A stretch of 64,000 bases of DNA from an uncultured Nitrososphaerota archaeon (GCA_963703285.1 OY969807.1:1216001-1280000); one strand, 5' to 3'; positions 49,973 to 60,023 are shown, counted from the stretch's first letter. Made by a program: numbers and translations. The notes: generated by a model from the sequence alone, not told the origin.

Positions 49973-50887
49973 TCAGCGAACGTAGGAGAGCCAGGACTTG
50001 TAGCCGTCTATCCTTCCGTGGATGGCGTCCAGGTAGAGTCTCTGGATCCTCTTGGTCACCGGGTACTCGCCGCCCCCCACCTTCCTCCCGTCGACCTCGC
50101 GGATGGGCGTGACGTTCGCGGCGGTCCCGCTGAAGAAGAGCTCGTCGGCCGTGTAGAGCTCGTCCCTCGTGAAGTCTCTCTCGTACGCCTCGATGCCGTT
50201 GTCCCTTGCTATCTGGAGGACCGACATCCGTGTTATGCCGCCGAGGATGCCCGACTGCATCGTGGGCGTGTACAGGACCCCGTTCTTCACCCTGAAGATG
50301 TTCTCCCCCGACCCCTCCGCCACGTTGCCGCCGAGCGTGAGGATGATGGCCTCCTCGTAGCCGGCCGCGAGGGCGTCCATCTTCGCCAGTATCGAGTTGG
50401 CGTAGTTTGCTGAGCACTTCGCCTGCGGCGGGAGGATGCGGGCATCAATCCTGGCCCAGGCAGAGACGCCGCATCGGATGCCCTTCTCCATTCCCTCGTC
50501 GCCGAGGTAGGCGCCCCACTCCCAGCAGGCTACCGCCCCTATCACCTTGTTCTTCAACGGGTTGACGCCCAGCTCGCCGAAGGAGCTGAAGACGATGGGC
50601 CTGACGTAGCAGGCCTGGAGACCGTTCTCCTTCACGACTTCCATGCACGCAGCCGTGAGCTGCTCCTTCGTGTACGGCAGCGCCATCCTGTAAACCCTGG
50701 CGCCGTCGAAGAGCCTATCCATGTGCTCCCTCAGACGGAAGATGGCCGGTCCGTCGGGGGTGTCGTTGCACCGTATGCCCTCGAATATGGAGTACCCGTA
50801 GTGCAACGCGTGGGTCAGGACGTGCACCTTGGCGTCGTCCCAGGGGACGAGCCTACCGTCGAACCAGATGAACTTCGTCGGCTGCAA
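49973..50887 (-). CDS. ilvE: Branched-chain amino acid aminotransferase
   Basis: HALHYG..IFEG, EGSGENIF, L.GITR; TTG start at 50887. Confidence 0.95.
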   Translation of the reverse strand: MQPTKFIWFDGRLVPWDDAKVHVLTHALHYGYSIFEGIRCNDTPDGPAIFRLREHMDRLFDGARVYRMALPYTKEQLTAACMEVVKENGLQACYVRPIVFSSFGELGVNPLKNKVIGAVACWEWGAYLGDEGMEKGIRCGVSAWARIDARILPPQAKCSANYANSILAKMDALAAGYEEAIILTLGGNVAEGSGENIFRVKNGVLYTPTMQSGILGGITRMSVLQIARDNGIEAYERDFTRDELYTADELFFSGTAANVTPIREVDGRKVGGGEYPVTKRIQRLYLDAIHGRIDGYKSWLSYVR

Positions 50888-50931
50888 CTCTTGTCGCCCG
50901 GTTCTCGTCCCGAGGCCTATTTTACGTATCG

Positions 50932-51957
50932 CTAGGCCGCCAGCTGCCCGGCGACCGCGGCTCCGACCTCGGACGTGCTGCTTGTCCCCCCGAGGTCCTG
51001 GGTCGTCACGCCGCCCTCCAGCGTCCGGTCGACCGCCCTCCGGACCGCCGCCGCGGCGTCGCCACAGCTTGCGTCGCCACGTTCCTCCGCCAGCCACTCG
51101 AGCATCATCGAGCAGGTCAGGATGATCGCGACGGGGTTGGCCAGGCCCCTGCCGGCGATGTCGGGCGCGGCCCCGTGGACCGGCTCGAATATCGCGTCCT
51201 TCTCTCCAAGGTTCGCCGAAGGCGCCACCCCGAGCCCGCCCACGAGCTGGGCCGCCTCGTCCGAGAGTATGTCCCCGTACATGTTGGTGGTGACGATCAC
51301 GTCGAAGGACTCGGGCGTCCTGATGAGGTTCATTGCCGTCGAGTCGACGAGCATGTCGCTGAAGGAGACGGACGGATGTCCCGACGCGACCTCCCTGCAC
51401 GCCTGCAAGAAGAGGCCGTCGGTCTTCTTCAGCACGTTGGACTTGTGGACCGCGACCACCTTCCTCTGGCGGTTCCTCCGCTCGGCGATCTCGAACGCGC
51501 GCTCGGCTATCCTGGCCGAGGCCTTCCGGGTGATGGTCCTAAGCGCGACCGCTCCTCCCTCGAACTCGAACTCCATCCCGCGGTAGAGGCACTCGGTGTT
51601 CTCCCTCACCATGACGAAGTCGATGTCCGGCCTGAGCGACGGGACGTGCGGGAGGCTCACCGACGGCCTGATGTTGGCGTAGAGGTCCAGCGTCTGTCTG
51701 AGCTTCACGATGGTCTCGGCCGCCGTCTCTCCCACCGGGCCCTTGAGGCAGGCGTCCGAGTCCCTGATGGTCGTGACCGTCGCGGCGGGGAGCGCTTCGC
51801 CTGTCCTCGACTTGCACGCGTCCCCTGCGGGCGCGGGCCGGAACTCGAACCTCAGGTCGAATCGGGGTCTCAGCGCCTCTAGGACCGCGACGGCTGCCGA
51901 CGAGACCTCCGGACCCACCCCGTCCCCCTCTATCTGGGCGATGTTGTAGGTCGTCAT
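50932..51957 (-). CDS. leuB: 3-isopropylmalate dehydrogenase
   Basis: GDGVGPEV, RENTE, NMYGDILSD, FEPVHGAAPDIAG; operon context. Confidence 0.9.
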   Translation of the reverse strand: MTTYNIAQIEGDGVGPEVSSAAVAVLEALRPRFDLRFEFRPAPAGDACKSRTGEALPAATVTTIRDSDACLKGPVGETAAETIVKLRQTLDLYANIRPSVSLPHVPSLRPDIDFVMVRENTECLYRGMEFEFEGGAVALRTITRKASARIAERAFEIAERRNRQRKVVAVHKSNVLKKTDGLFLQACREVASGHPSVSFSDMLVDSTAMNLIRTPESFDVIVTTNMYGDILSDEAAQLVGGLGVAPSANLGEKDAIFEPVHGAAPDIAGRGLANPVAIILTCSMMLEWLAEERGDASCGDAAAAVRRAVDRTLEGGVTTQDLGGTSSTSEVGAAVAGQLAA

Positions 51958-51976
51958 GCGAAAACCAGCGGGCTCT

Positions 51977-52498
51977 CTACTGGGCCGAAGCCTTCAGCCT
52001 CTGCCTGACCCTCTCCCTGACGTACCCGAGGAAGCCGCCCCTCTTCATCTGCTCGATGTCCGAGTCGCTGGCCGTCACGGGGTATTCCGTCCCCTTGGTG
52101 AGGTCATTCAGGGTGCGTGCGTCGAGGTCGATCAGGAGCTCGTCCCCGGGGTCGATCCGACTCGTGTCGGCAACCTGTATCGGCAGGAGGCCGTTGTTCA
52201 GGGCGTTCCTGTAGAAGATGTCGGGAAACGACTGGGCGACCACCGCGACGACGTTGTTGTACTTCACGGCGTAGACGGCCTGCTCCCTCGAGGATCCGCA
52301 CCCGAAGTTGTTCCCGGCAACGACAATGCTCTCCCTGTTCGCCCTGCACGCCGCCTTGAACGACGGGTCGTAGTACTCGAAGGCGTGGTCTGCGAAGAAC
52401 TGCTTGTCCCAGCTCTCCTGGAGCAGGTACGCAGGTATGATGTAGTCGGTGTTGATGTCGTCGAGGTACTTCTTGGCGACCTTCCCTCGCATCTGCAA
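51977..52498 (-). CDS. leuD: Isopropylmalate isomerase small subunit
   Basis: DINTDYIIP, NFGCGSSREQA, IFYRNA.N.G. Confidence 0.93.
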   Translation of the reverse strand: MQMRGKVAKKYLDDINTDYIIPAYLLQESWDKQFFADHAFEYYDPSFKAACRANRESIVVAGNNFGCGSSREQAVYAVKYNNVVAVVAQSFPDIFYRNALNNGLLPIQVADTSRIDPGDELLIDLDARTLNDLTKGTEYPVTASDSDIEQMKRGGFLGYVRERVRQRLKASAQ

Positions 52499-52499
52499 T

Positions 52500-53816
52500 T
52501 CAATCACCCAGGTACTTCCGCGGGTCGGCAATCCTTCCCTCGACGGCGGTGGTAGCGGCGACGGCGGGCGAGCCGAGATAGATGAAGGCCTCGGGCGAGC
52601 CCATCCTCCCCCTGTAGTTGCGGTTGCTCGTCGAGAGGCACCTGTCCCCGGGCGCGAGTATCCCCATGTGCTTGCCGAAGCAGGGACCGCAGTTGGAGGA
52701 CTCGATGTTCGCCCCGCTCTGCGCGATCGTGTTGAGAATCCCGTTCTCCATCGCCCAGTTGTACACCTTGCGGCTCGCGGGTATCACGATTAGGTTGGTG
52801 TCCGGGTGTACCTTCCTGCCCTTGAGTATCCGGGCGGCCAGGGCGAGGTCACTCTTCCTCGCGTTCGCGCAGGAGCCCAGGAAGACGACGTTGATGGGGT
52901 CGCTCACCTCGCTGACCGGCCTCGCGTTCGCGGGCGAGTGCGGGAGCGAGACGGTCGGCTCGACGGACGCTGCGTCCACGTTCACGGTCCGGGAGAAGGC
53001 CGCGTCCTCGTCGCTCTTCATTATCGTCCCCGACTCGGCGGGTGTGAGGGCCCTCCCCTTGGCCGTGAGGGCGCCGCCGACGTAGTCCATCGTCTTCTGG
53101 TCAGGGTTGACTATAGCGGTCCGGGCCGACATCTCAACAGAGAGGTTGCAGATCGTGAACCGGCCGTCCATCTCCATCGAAGAGATGGTGGGACCTTCGT
53201 ACTCCGCGACCATCTTCGAGCATCCCCCCTCGCCCATGACCCCGAGGACGTGCAGGACGAGGTCCTTGGGATAGACGCCCCGCGGGAGTTCGCCGTCGAC
53301 GTGGAAGCGGACCGACTCGGGGACCCTGAACGAGTAGAGCTCGCCCGTCGCAAGGAGGTTCTCGGCCTCGGTCGTGCCTATGCCGAAGGCCAGCGACCCC
53401 AGCGCGCCCTGGGTGCAGGTGTGGGAGTCGGTCGCCACGGCTATCTCGCCGGGGAGGACGAACCCCTCCTCTGACGCTATCGTGTGCTCGATCCCGTCCC
53501 CCTCCTTGTACATCGCTATCTGTTGCTGCTTTGCGAAGTCGGCCATCAGCTTGATGCCGGCGCTAACCATTATCGAGCACGAGGGGACGGTGTGGTCGGG
53601 CATGAAGGCGACCCTCGCCGGGTCGAAGACCTTCATCCGCCTCCCCGCCTCCTGGTACACGTCGGCGAAGTCCTTCTGGAAGTTGAGGATGGCGGGCGGC
53701 CCGATGACCTCGTTGAAGTAGAGCTTGTCGACAGGCAGGGCCTCGACCAGTTCTCCGGCAGCGACGGGCCTTCCGACGGCCCGGGAGACGATCTTCTCGG
53801 TTATGGTGCGTCCCAT
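52500..53816 (-). CDS. leuC: Isopropylmalate isomerase large subunit
   Basis: DSHTCT.GA, GSCAN, CGPC.G, STSNRNY.GRMG. Confidence 0.93.
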   Translation of the reverse strand: MGRTITEKIVSRAVGRPVAAGELVEALPVDKLYFNEVIGPPAILNFQKDFADVYQEAGRRMKVFDPARVAFMPDHTVPSCSIMVSAGIKLMADFAKQQQIAMYKEGDGIEHTIASEEGFVLPGEIAVATDSHTCTQGALGSLAFGIGTTEAENLLATGELYSFRVPESVRFHVDGELPRGVYPKDLVLHVLGVMGEGGCSKMVAEYEGPTISSMEMDGRFTICNLSVEMSARTAIVNPDQKTMDYVGGALTAKGRALTPAESGTIMKSDEDAAFSRTVNVDAASVEPTVSLPHSPANARPVSEVSDPINVVFLGSCANARKSDLALAARILKGRKVHPDTNLIVIPASRKVYNWAMENGILNTIAQSGANIESSNCGPCFGKHMGILAPGDRCLSTSNRNYRGRMGSPEAFIYLGSPAVAATTAVEGRIADPRKYLGD

Positions 53817-53818
53817 CT

Positions 53819-55381
53819 CTAGAGACCCTCTATTGGCCTGGCGGGGCTCTCCTTCTGGAGCTCCTCCGTCCTCCTGATGCCGTCCTTCTTCGCGAGTAGG
53901 GCGTTCGTCCCGGCGACGACGGCCTCCACGCTCGCGACGACGATGTCCCTCTTCATCCCCCTGCCCGAGGCGGTGTGCCCCTCGCCGTCCTCCACCTCTA
54001 CGGTCACGTCGGCGACGGCGGCCGAGTCCCCCGTCAGGGCTTCGAGCCTGTAGTTCTTCAGGCGGACCGTCTCGATGTTGCTGAATATCTTCTGGATCGC
54101 GTTCACGGCGGCGTCGACCGCACCCGACCCCACCTCGGTGGCCTCGTGGAGATGGCCGCGGACGAGCAGCTTGACGGTGGCGGTTGGGAGCCTCTTTATG
54201 CCGGTCACTACCTCCAGACCTTCGAGCTCGACGAGCTCGTTCTTCTCCGCGCTCCCTCCTCCCATGATTTTGACCGCCATCTGGTAGAGGTCCGAGTCGG
54301 TGACGGTCGAGCCCCCGTCCCCCGTCTCCTTCACCTTGGCCACGATGAGCCTCAGGCTCTCCTCTTTGGGCTTGAGCCCCATCCCGCGCAGCTGCGCGGA
54401 GATGCCGTGGCGGCCCGCGTGCTTCCCGGCCTGCAGCCACCTGGTCCTGCCGACCATGGAGGGGTCGAAAGGCTCGTAGGTCGAGGGGTCGTTCAGCACG
54501 CCGTCCGTGTGTATGCCCGACTCGTGCCCGAAGGCGTTGTCCCCGATTATCGCCTTGTTCGGTTGGATGGGGACGCCGGTCAGCCTGTTGACGAGGCGCG
54601 ACGTCTCGTACAGCAGCTGATAGTTGACGTTCGTGCTCACGCCGTAGAGGTTGCTGCAGGCCATCACGAACTCCTCCAGAGAGGTGTTGCCGGACCTCTC
54701 GCCGATGCCGTTGATCGTCGCGTGCACCTGGTCGGCCCCGGCCATCACGCCCGCGAGGCTGTTCGCGACCGCCAGGCCGTAGTCGTTGTGGCAGTGCATG
54801 CTGATTGTCATGCCGGAGACCGACCTGGCGGCCTCTGTGTACTCCGCCATCCGCTGAGGAGTCGCGATGCCCACAGTGTCGGGGATGTCGAAGCGGTCCG
54901 CGCCCGCGTCCGAGACCGCCTTGACGACCTCCTTGAAGAACCCGATGTCGGTCCTGGTGGCGTCCATCGCCGAGAACTCGACCTTCACCCCGAAGCCCTT
55001 AGCGTACCTCACAGCCTCGGCGGACTGGACCAGCATCTTCTCCCTCGTTATGTGGAGCTGGTGCTGCATGTGGACGTCCGAGGAGGAGAGGAAGACGTGG
55101 ATCCCGCCTACGCCGCAGTCGATGGCCGTCTCGATGTCGACCTTCTCAGCGCGGGCGAGGCCGCAGACCTCTGCCCTGAGGCCGGACCTAGCGATCGCGC
55201 GGACCGCTTCCTGCTCACCCTTCGAGGTTATTGGAAACCCCGCCTCTATGACGTCGACGCCCAGACGATCCAGTGCCAGGGCTATCTCGACCTTCTCCTG
55301 GGGAGTGAGAGAGACGCCGGGCGTCTGCTCGCCGTCCCTGAGTGTCGTGTCAAGGATCCTGACGAGACGCGAGCCGCTCAC
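53819..55381 (-). CDS. leuA: 2-isopropylmalate synthase (LeuA/CimA family)
   Basis: [31 protein letters not shown]-terminal regulatory domain. Confidence 0.88.
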   Translation of the reverse strand: MSGSRLVRILDTTLRDGEQTPGVSLTPQEKVEIALALDRLGVDVIEAGFPITSKGEQEAVRAIARSGLRAEVCGLARAEKVDIETAIDCGVGGIHVFLSSSDVHMQHQLHITREKMLVQSAEAVRYAKGFGVKVEFSAMDATRTDIGFFKEVVKAVSDAGADRFDIPDTVGIATPQRMAEYTEAARSVSGMTISMHCHNDYGLAVANSLAGVMAGADQVHATINGIGERSGNTSLEEFVMACSNLYGVSTNVNYQLLYETSRLVNRLTGVPIQPNKAIIGDNAFGHESGIHTDGVLNDPSTYEPFDPSMVGRTRWLQAGKHAGRHGISAQLRGMGLKPKEESLRLIVAKVKETGDGGSTVTDSDLYQMAVKIMGGGSAEKNELVELEGLEVVTGIKRLPTATVKLLVRGHLHEATEVGSGAVDAAVNAIQKIFSNIETVRLKNYRLEALTGDSAAVADVTVEVEDGEGHTASGRGMKRDIVVASVEAVVAGTNALLAKKDGIRRTEELQKESPARPIEGL

Positions 55382-55854
55382 GACTGGACCTCCTTGGGTA
55401 GCGCCGCGACGCCCGTCCTCGCTATGTCGAGGACGCTGGTCTGCAGGCTGGAGACGAAGTCGTCGATCTGCTTTGCGCTCCCGACGATCTCGACGACCGC
55501 GGAGCGGGCGGAGGAGTCGACGATGCGGCAGGAGTTCATCTTCTGTAGGTCGGCCAGCGTCATCTTGTCGGTGTTGATTCTCACGAGCGCGAGCTCCCTG
55601 GCCGTCACCTCCTCCGGGGCGTAGGTCCGGGCCTCGAGGACGTCGATCACCTTCATCAGCTGCCTGGCGACGTGCTCCACCGCGGCGTCGTCGCCCTCGA
55701 GCGTCATCGTCATCCGGACGTCGTCGCCCCCGTTGGTCACGCCGACGGTCATCCCGTCGATGTTCAGGCGCATCAGGCGCACGAGGTGGACAACGCGGAA
55801 GAGGGTGCCCGGCTTGTTCTCGACGAGCGTCGAGAGGATCTTCGATGACCTCAA
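55378..55854 (-). CDS. ilvN: Acetolactate synthase small (regulatory) subunit
   Basis: LVENKPGTL, QL.K.IDV, RELALV, ARTG..AL; TTG overlaps the ilvB stop. Confidence 0.92.
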   Translation of the reverse strand: MRSSKILSTLVENKPGTLFRVVHLVRLMRLNIDGMTVGVTNGGDDVRMTMTLEGDDAAVEHVARQLMKVIDVLEARTYAPEEVTARELALVRINTDKMTLADLQKMNSCRIVDSSARSAVVEIVGSAKQIDDFVSSLQTSVLDIARTGVAALPKEVQS

Positions 55855-57581
55855 AAGATCGACAGCTCCTTTGGGGTGCCGTAGACCGTGTCCTTGATCG
55901 CCTTGCCTGGGGGCATGAACGGGAAGACGTCCTCCTCGTGCGAGACGGGGACCTCTATTAGCGTGGGGGAGTCTGACCTGATGCCTTCCCTCAGCGCCTT
56001 GCCGAACTCCTGGAGCGAGCCGACGCGGGTGCCCTGCACTCCGTAGGAAGCCGCGAGCTTCACGAAGTCGGGGACGTTCTGGAACTTTATCCCGATGAAG
56101 TGCCTGTTGTACATGAGGCGCTGCCACTGCTCGACCATCCCGAGCGACCTGTCGTTCATCACCACGGCCACGACCGGGATATGCTCCTCGACCGCCGTCG
56201 CGAGGGCCTGTTCTGTCATCACGAACGACCCGTCGCCGTCGAAGTCGACGACGGGGACGCCGGGCGCGGCCACCTTGGCGCCGAGCGCAGCGGGGAGCCC
56301 GAAACCCATCGTGCCGAGGCCGGTGGACGTCACCCAGGTCCTCGGCCTCAGTACCCGGTAGTGTATCTCGCACCACATCTGATGCCTGCCGACGCCCGTC
56401 GTGAGGATGGCTTCCGGTGGCAGGATCTCCCTCATCAGCTTGACTATGCGGGGACTGGAGAGCTCGCTGTACGAGTCCTTGTAGGCCGGGATTCCCTTCA
56501 TCTCCTCGCGGACGAGGTCGAGCCTCGTCAGCCACGCGTTGTCCCCCGACCTCTTCACCATGCGCCGGACCAGGGCGTCGAGGAGCATGGTGAGGACGAC
56601 GTTGGCGTCACCGAGGATGCTCAGCGTCACGAGCTTGTTCTTGTTGAACTCGGTCGGGTCGGCGTCGATGTGGATGATCTTGGCGTCGGGCGCGAACTCG
56701 CTGAAGGTGCCCGTGGAGCGGTCGGAGAAGCGCACGCCCACGGCGAGGAGGACGTCGCACTCGCCGACGAGCTTGTTCGCCTCGGCTCTCCCGTGCATCC
56801 CGATGGGTCCCACGGAGAGGGGATGGTCCTCGGGGAAGGTCCCCTTCCCCTGGAGGGTCGTGATCACCGGCGCCATGAGGAACTCGGCTAGGGCCCTGAA
56901 CTGCATGGACGCGTCGGCGATCCTGATGCCTCCCCCGCCGAAGAGGAGGGGCCTCTGCGCCTTCACGAGCATGTCGGCGGCCCTCTCGATGTCCTGGGCG
57001 TCGACGGCGACGCTGGGCCTGTAGCCCCTAATCTGTATCGACTCGGGGAACGTGATCTCGGCCTCCTCCTGCTGGACGTCCTTCGGCACGTCGAGGAGGA
57101 CCGGGCCCGGCCTGCCGGTCTGGGCGATGAAGAAGCTCTTCTTGACGGCCGAGGGTATCTCGGCGGCGGAGAGGGGCTGCAGGGTGTACTTCGTGACCGG
57201 AGTGAGCACCCCGACGACGTCCGTCTCCTGGAACCCGCTCTTGCCCGTCATGCTCTTGGAGACCTGGCCCGTGATGGCGACGACCGGCGATGAGTCGGCG
57301 AACGCGGTCGCTATCCCGGTGACGAGGTTCGTGGCCCCCGGACCCGAGGTCGCCGAGCAGACGCCGGCCCTCCTCGAGACCCTCCCGTAGGCGTCCGCCA
57401 TGTGCGCCCCAATTTGCTCGTGCCTCACGAGCACGTGCTTGATCTTCGAATCCCACAGGGCGTCGTAGAAGGGGAGGTTGGCGCCTCCCGGCATCCCGAA
57501 GATGTACTCTACCTTCTCCTTCTCGAGGGCCTCCACGATGGCCCTTGCGCCGGACATTTTTTCAGGCATTGTAATCGCCAC
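55851..57581 (-). CDS. ilvB: Acetolactate synthase large subunit
   Basis: RHEQ, TSGPGATN, FQE.D, GMHG, GTMGFGLPAA, GDGSF; start at GTG 57581 or ATG 57569. Confidence 0.96.
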   Translation of the reverse strand: MAITMPEKMSGARAIVEALEKEKVEYIFGMPGGANLPFYDALWDSKIKHVLVRHEQIGAHMADAYGRVSRRAGVCSATSGPGATNLVTGIATAFADSSPVVAITGQVSKSMTGKSGFQETDVVGVLTPVTKYTLQPLSAAEIPSAVKKSFFIAQTGRPGPVLLDVPKDVQQEEAEITFPESIQIRGYRPSVAVDAQDIERAADMLVKAQRPLLFGGGGIRIADASMQFRALAEFLMAPVITTLQGKGTFPEDHPLSVGPIGMHGRAEANKLVGECDVLLAVGVRFSDRSTGTFSEFAPDAKIIHIDADPTEFNKNKLVTLSILGDANVVLTMLLDALVRRMVKRSGDNAWLTRLDLVREEMKGIPAYKDSYSELSSPRIVKLMREILPPEAILTTGVGRHQMWCEIHYRVLRPRTWVTSTGLGTMGFGLPAALGAKVAAPGVPVVDFDGDGSFVMTEQALATAVEEHIPVVAVVMNDRSLGMVEQWQRLMYNRHFIGIKFQNVPDFVKLAASYGVQGTRVGSLQEFGKALREGIRSDSPTLIEVPVSHEEDVFPFMPPGKAIKDTVYGTPKELSIF

Positions 57582-57624
57582 TCTCCAATAGAATCTCCTC
57601 GCTTGAAATCTCGAGCGAGGTGCT

Positions 57625-57690
57625 CTAGACTAAAACAATCAACGCTACAAGGACGAGAACCGCCGAAGTAGTAGCGTTGCCGCGCTGCAT
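57625..57690 (-). CDS. Putative Val/Leu/Ile-rich leader peptide (uORF) of the ilv-leu operon
   Basis: ATG...TAG encoding MQRGNATTSAVLVLVALIVLV; ends 43 nt before ilvB; starts at the predicted TSS. Confidence 0.7.
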   Translation of the reverse strand: MQRGNATTSAVLVLVALIVLV

Positions 57691-57710
57691 TGTGAAGAGG
57701 TAGGGGGGCG

Positions 57711-57720
57711 TTATATTTAA
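57711..57720 (-). promoter_or_regulatory. TATA box of the ilv-leu operon
   Basis: Minus strand TTAAATATAA, 21-30 nt upstream of the uORF ATG (leaderless spacing). Confidence 0.7.
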
Positions 57721-57794
57721 GATTTGAAAAAGTGGTTTCTAGACCGATTACTAGCGCCGCGACAACCTCTGAGGGAGCCGTTTCCCCGGTCGCG

Positions 57795-58628
57795 CTAGGG
57801 TGGCAGGGGAGGGTCGATGCGGATCTGGAAGACGTCGGGCCAGTCCTTGCCCGTGACGTAGAGGCGGTGGTTGGATGCGTCGTAGGCTATGCCGTTCAGG
57901 ACGTCGTTGGAGTCGCAGTGGCAGCCACTCAGGCTCTGGAGCCCGGCGAGGTCCAACCAGGCGGTGACCTCCCCCGTCGATGCGTTGATGACCGCTATCC
58001 TGTTCGTGAGCCAGACGTTGGCGAAGATGCTCCCGTTGATGTAGTCGAGGCTGTTGAGGTTGTCAATCTGTGTGCTCCCGTCGTGCACGGTGACCTCGCC
58101 CGTCCTCTGGAACGTCTGCGGGTTGAGGAAGTAGAGGGTGTCCGACCCGTCGCTCATGATGAGCTGTGTCCCGTTGTAGGTGAGGCCCCACCCCTGGTCG
58201 GGAAAGGTGAAGTTCCCGAGCGGCTGGAACGTCTCCAGGCTGTAGACGAACCCGATGTGCGTCGTGTATGTGAGCTGGACGATCTCGTCGCCGAAGATCG
58301 CGATGCCCTCCCCGAAGTACTGGCTGGGGAGATTGTGGATCTGGATGACCTGTCCCGTCGTTATGTTCTCCCGGCGGAGCGAGGAGTCCCCATTAAGACC
58401 GGTGCTCTCGTACAGGGTCCCGTTGTAGTAGACCAGGCCCTCCGTGAACGCTCCCGTGTCGTGGGGGTACGTCCCGACGACCTCGTAGGAGTAGACAGGG
58501 GTGGTCGATGTGCTCGTGGTAGGTGGGCCGGAGGAAGCCGGAGCGCTGCGGTCTAGGACGTAGTAGGTCGCCGCGAGCAAGAGGCACGCGAGCACCAAGG
58601 CGAGCGCGACCCTCCAAGTACTTCCCAT
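57795..58628 (-). CDS. Glutaminyl-peptide cyclotransferase (membrane-anchored)
   Basis: YPHD..AFTEGL, ESTG..G.S, FGEGI, GWGL, VLNGIAYD, VTGK.W. Confidence 0.92.
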   Translation of the reverse strand: MGSTWRVALALVLACLLLAATYYVLDRSAPASSGPPTTSTSTTPVYSYEVVGTYPHDTGAFTEGLVYYNGTLYESTGLNGDSSLRRENITTGQVIQIHNLPSQYFGEGIAIFGDEIVQLTYTTHIGFVYSLETFQPLGNFTFPDQGWGLTYNGTQLIMSDGSDTLYFLNPQTFQRTGEVTVHDGSTQIDNLNSLDYINGSIFANVWLTNRIAVINASTGEVTAWLDLAGLQSLSGCHCDSNDVLNGIAYDASNHRLYVTGKDWPDVFQIRIDPPLPP

Positions 58629-58731
58629 GGCTGTCCTCATGCCAGGGCGGGAGTCCGGCGGTGCTCCTCAATTATGCGTTTTCGAGCTGCCCTCCGGCAA
58701 CAGATATGAACGCCAGGACGGGGGACGCCCC

Positions 58732-59943
58732 GTGGCCTCAGGCTCGCGGCCAGCGTCCGTCCTTGGACCGGTCTACATCTACACCACTCTGTCGTGGGCC
58801 GCGTACGCGCTGGTCGCCGTCTCGCTCCGATTCCGGTTCGAGCAGCTGGGGCTCAGCGTGGTCGCCTACGGGACGGTCGTCGCCGTCGTCTCCCTAGGGT
58901 TGCTCTCGACAGAGACGGTCTGGGGAGCCTTCGCCCATCGGATAGCCAGCAGGGGCTGGATTCTGGGGCTCGGGGCGGTGGTAGCCCTGATTCTGGTCGC
59001 CGTCGGGGTCTCCAACTCCACCCCGACCTTCGCGCTCTCGATGGGCCTCCTTGGAGCGATGGTGATATTCCCCGTCCCGCTGCTCCGGTGGCTCGCCCTC
59101 GTAGCGGGAGGACCCGGGACGGGTGGCAGCGGCATCGCCAAGTACTCGGTCTCTTCGGGTGCTGGCACGATAATCGGAGCGGCGATCGGGCCTGCGGCCT
59201 TCGAGGCGATCGGGTTCTTTTGGCTCTCGGCCGCCGCCGCCGGCCTCTGGATCTTCTCCATGGCATTCTTGGTCCTGCTGCCGTGGACGCACCTTGAGGC
59301 GCCCGTCCATCGCGTCCCGCTGGCGCGTCAGGTGCGGCAGATTTCGACACCATACTTCGCGGCGGTCGCGGCGCTCGTGGCCCTGTTCTGGCTCTGCTAC
59401 ACTCTCACCTCGAACTTTCTACAGTACTACTCGGTCGACCTGTTCGGAGGAACCCCGGCGGACTCCGGCTATGTGATAGCGGCGATGCGCGCGATGGCCC
59501 TCGCGGCGGGGCTGCTGCTCGGGAGGGTCGTCGATAGGTGGGGGCCGGCCAGGTCGGCGCCGTTCGGGTTCCTTCTTATCGCGGCGGGGACGCTGGGGAC
59601 GCTCGCCTCGCATACCTACGCTGAGATGACGGTCGCCACGATGGTCTTCGCGGTGGGTGTCGGGTGGCTCAGCGTCACGCTGCTCCCGCTCTCCCTCATG
59701 GCCATACCGCGCTCGCTCCAGGGGACCGCAGTCGGGCTGTTCGGCTCGTTCGAGGACCTGGGCCAGTTCGTGGGGCCTATCCTCATCGGGGCCATCTACG
59801 CCGCCTTCGGTCCCACGTCGATCTTCGTCCCCGTGGCGGCCGTCGCAACGGCGGGAGCCCTGGGGGCCGCGGCGCTGGCGCCCCATGCCGTCAGTCGTCC
59901 CCCGGGCGCAGGGTCACAGGAGGCGAGCGACCGGGTTATTTAA
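58732..59943 (+). CDS. MFS transporter
   Basis: ~12 hydrophobic helices; GRVVDRWG motif; GTG start chosen. Confidence 0.85.
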   Translation: MASGSRPASVLGPVYIYTTLSWAAYALVAVSLRFRFEQLGLSVVAYGTVVAVVSLGLLSTETVWGAFAHRIASRGWILGLGAVVALILVAVGVSNSTPTFALSMGLLGAMVIFPVPLLRWLALVAGGPGTGGSGIAKYSVSSGAGTIIGAAIGPAAFEAIGFFWLSAAAAGLWIFSMAFLVLLPWTHLEAPVHRVPLARQVRQISTPYFAAVAALVALFWLCYTLTSNFLQYYSVDLFGGTPADSGYVIAAMRAMALAAGLLLGRVVDRWGPARSAPFGFLLIAAGTLGTLASHTYAEMTVATMVFAVGVGWLSVTLLPLSLMAIPRSLQGTAVGLFGSFEDLGQFVGPILIGAIYAAFGPTSIFVPVAAVATAGALGAAALAPHAVSRPPGAGSQEASDRVI

Positions 59944-60023
59944 CCTCGGTCATACGAGGCACCAGGTCGTTTAGAGCATGACGAAGTTTCGGGACGGTCC
60001 CCACCTTGGCAGCATAGACTTAA

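Noticed and set aside
57597-57620. Intrinsic (Rho-independent-type) terminator in the ilvB leader
   Set aside because: The hairpin is present but is not followed by a U-tract, so it is not annotated as a terminator.
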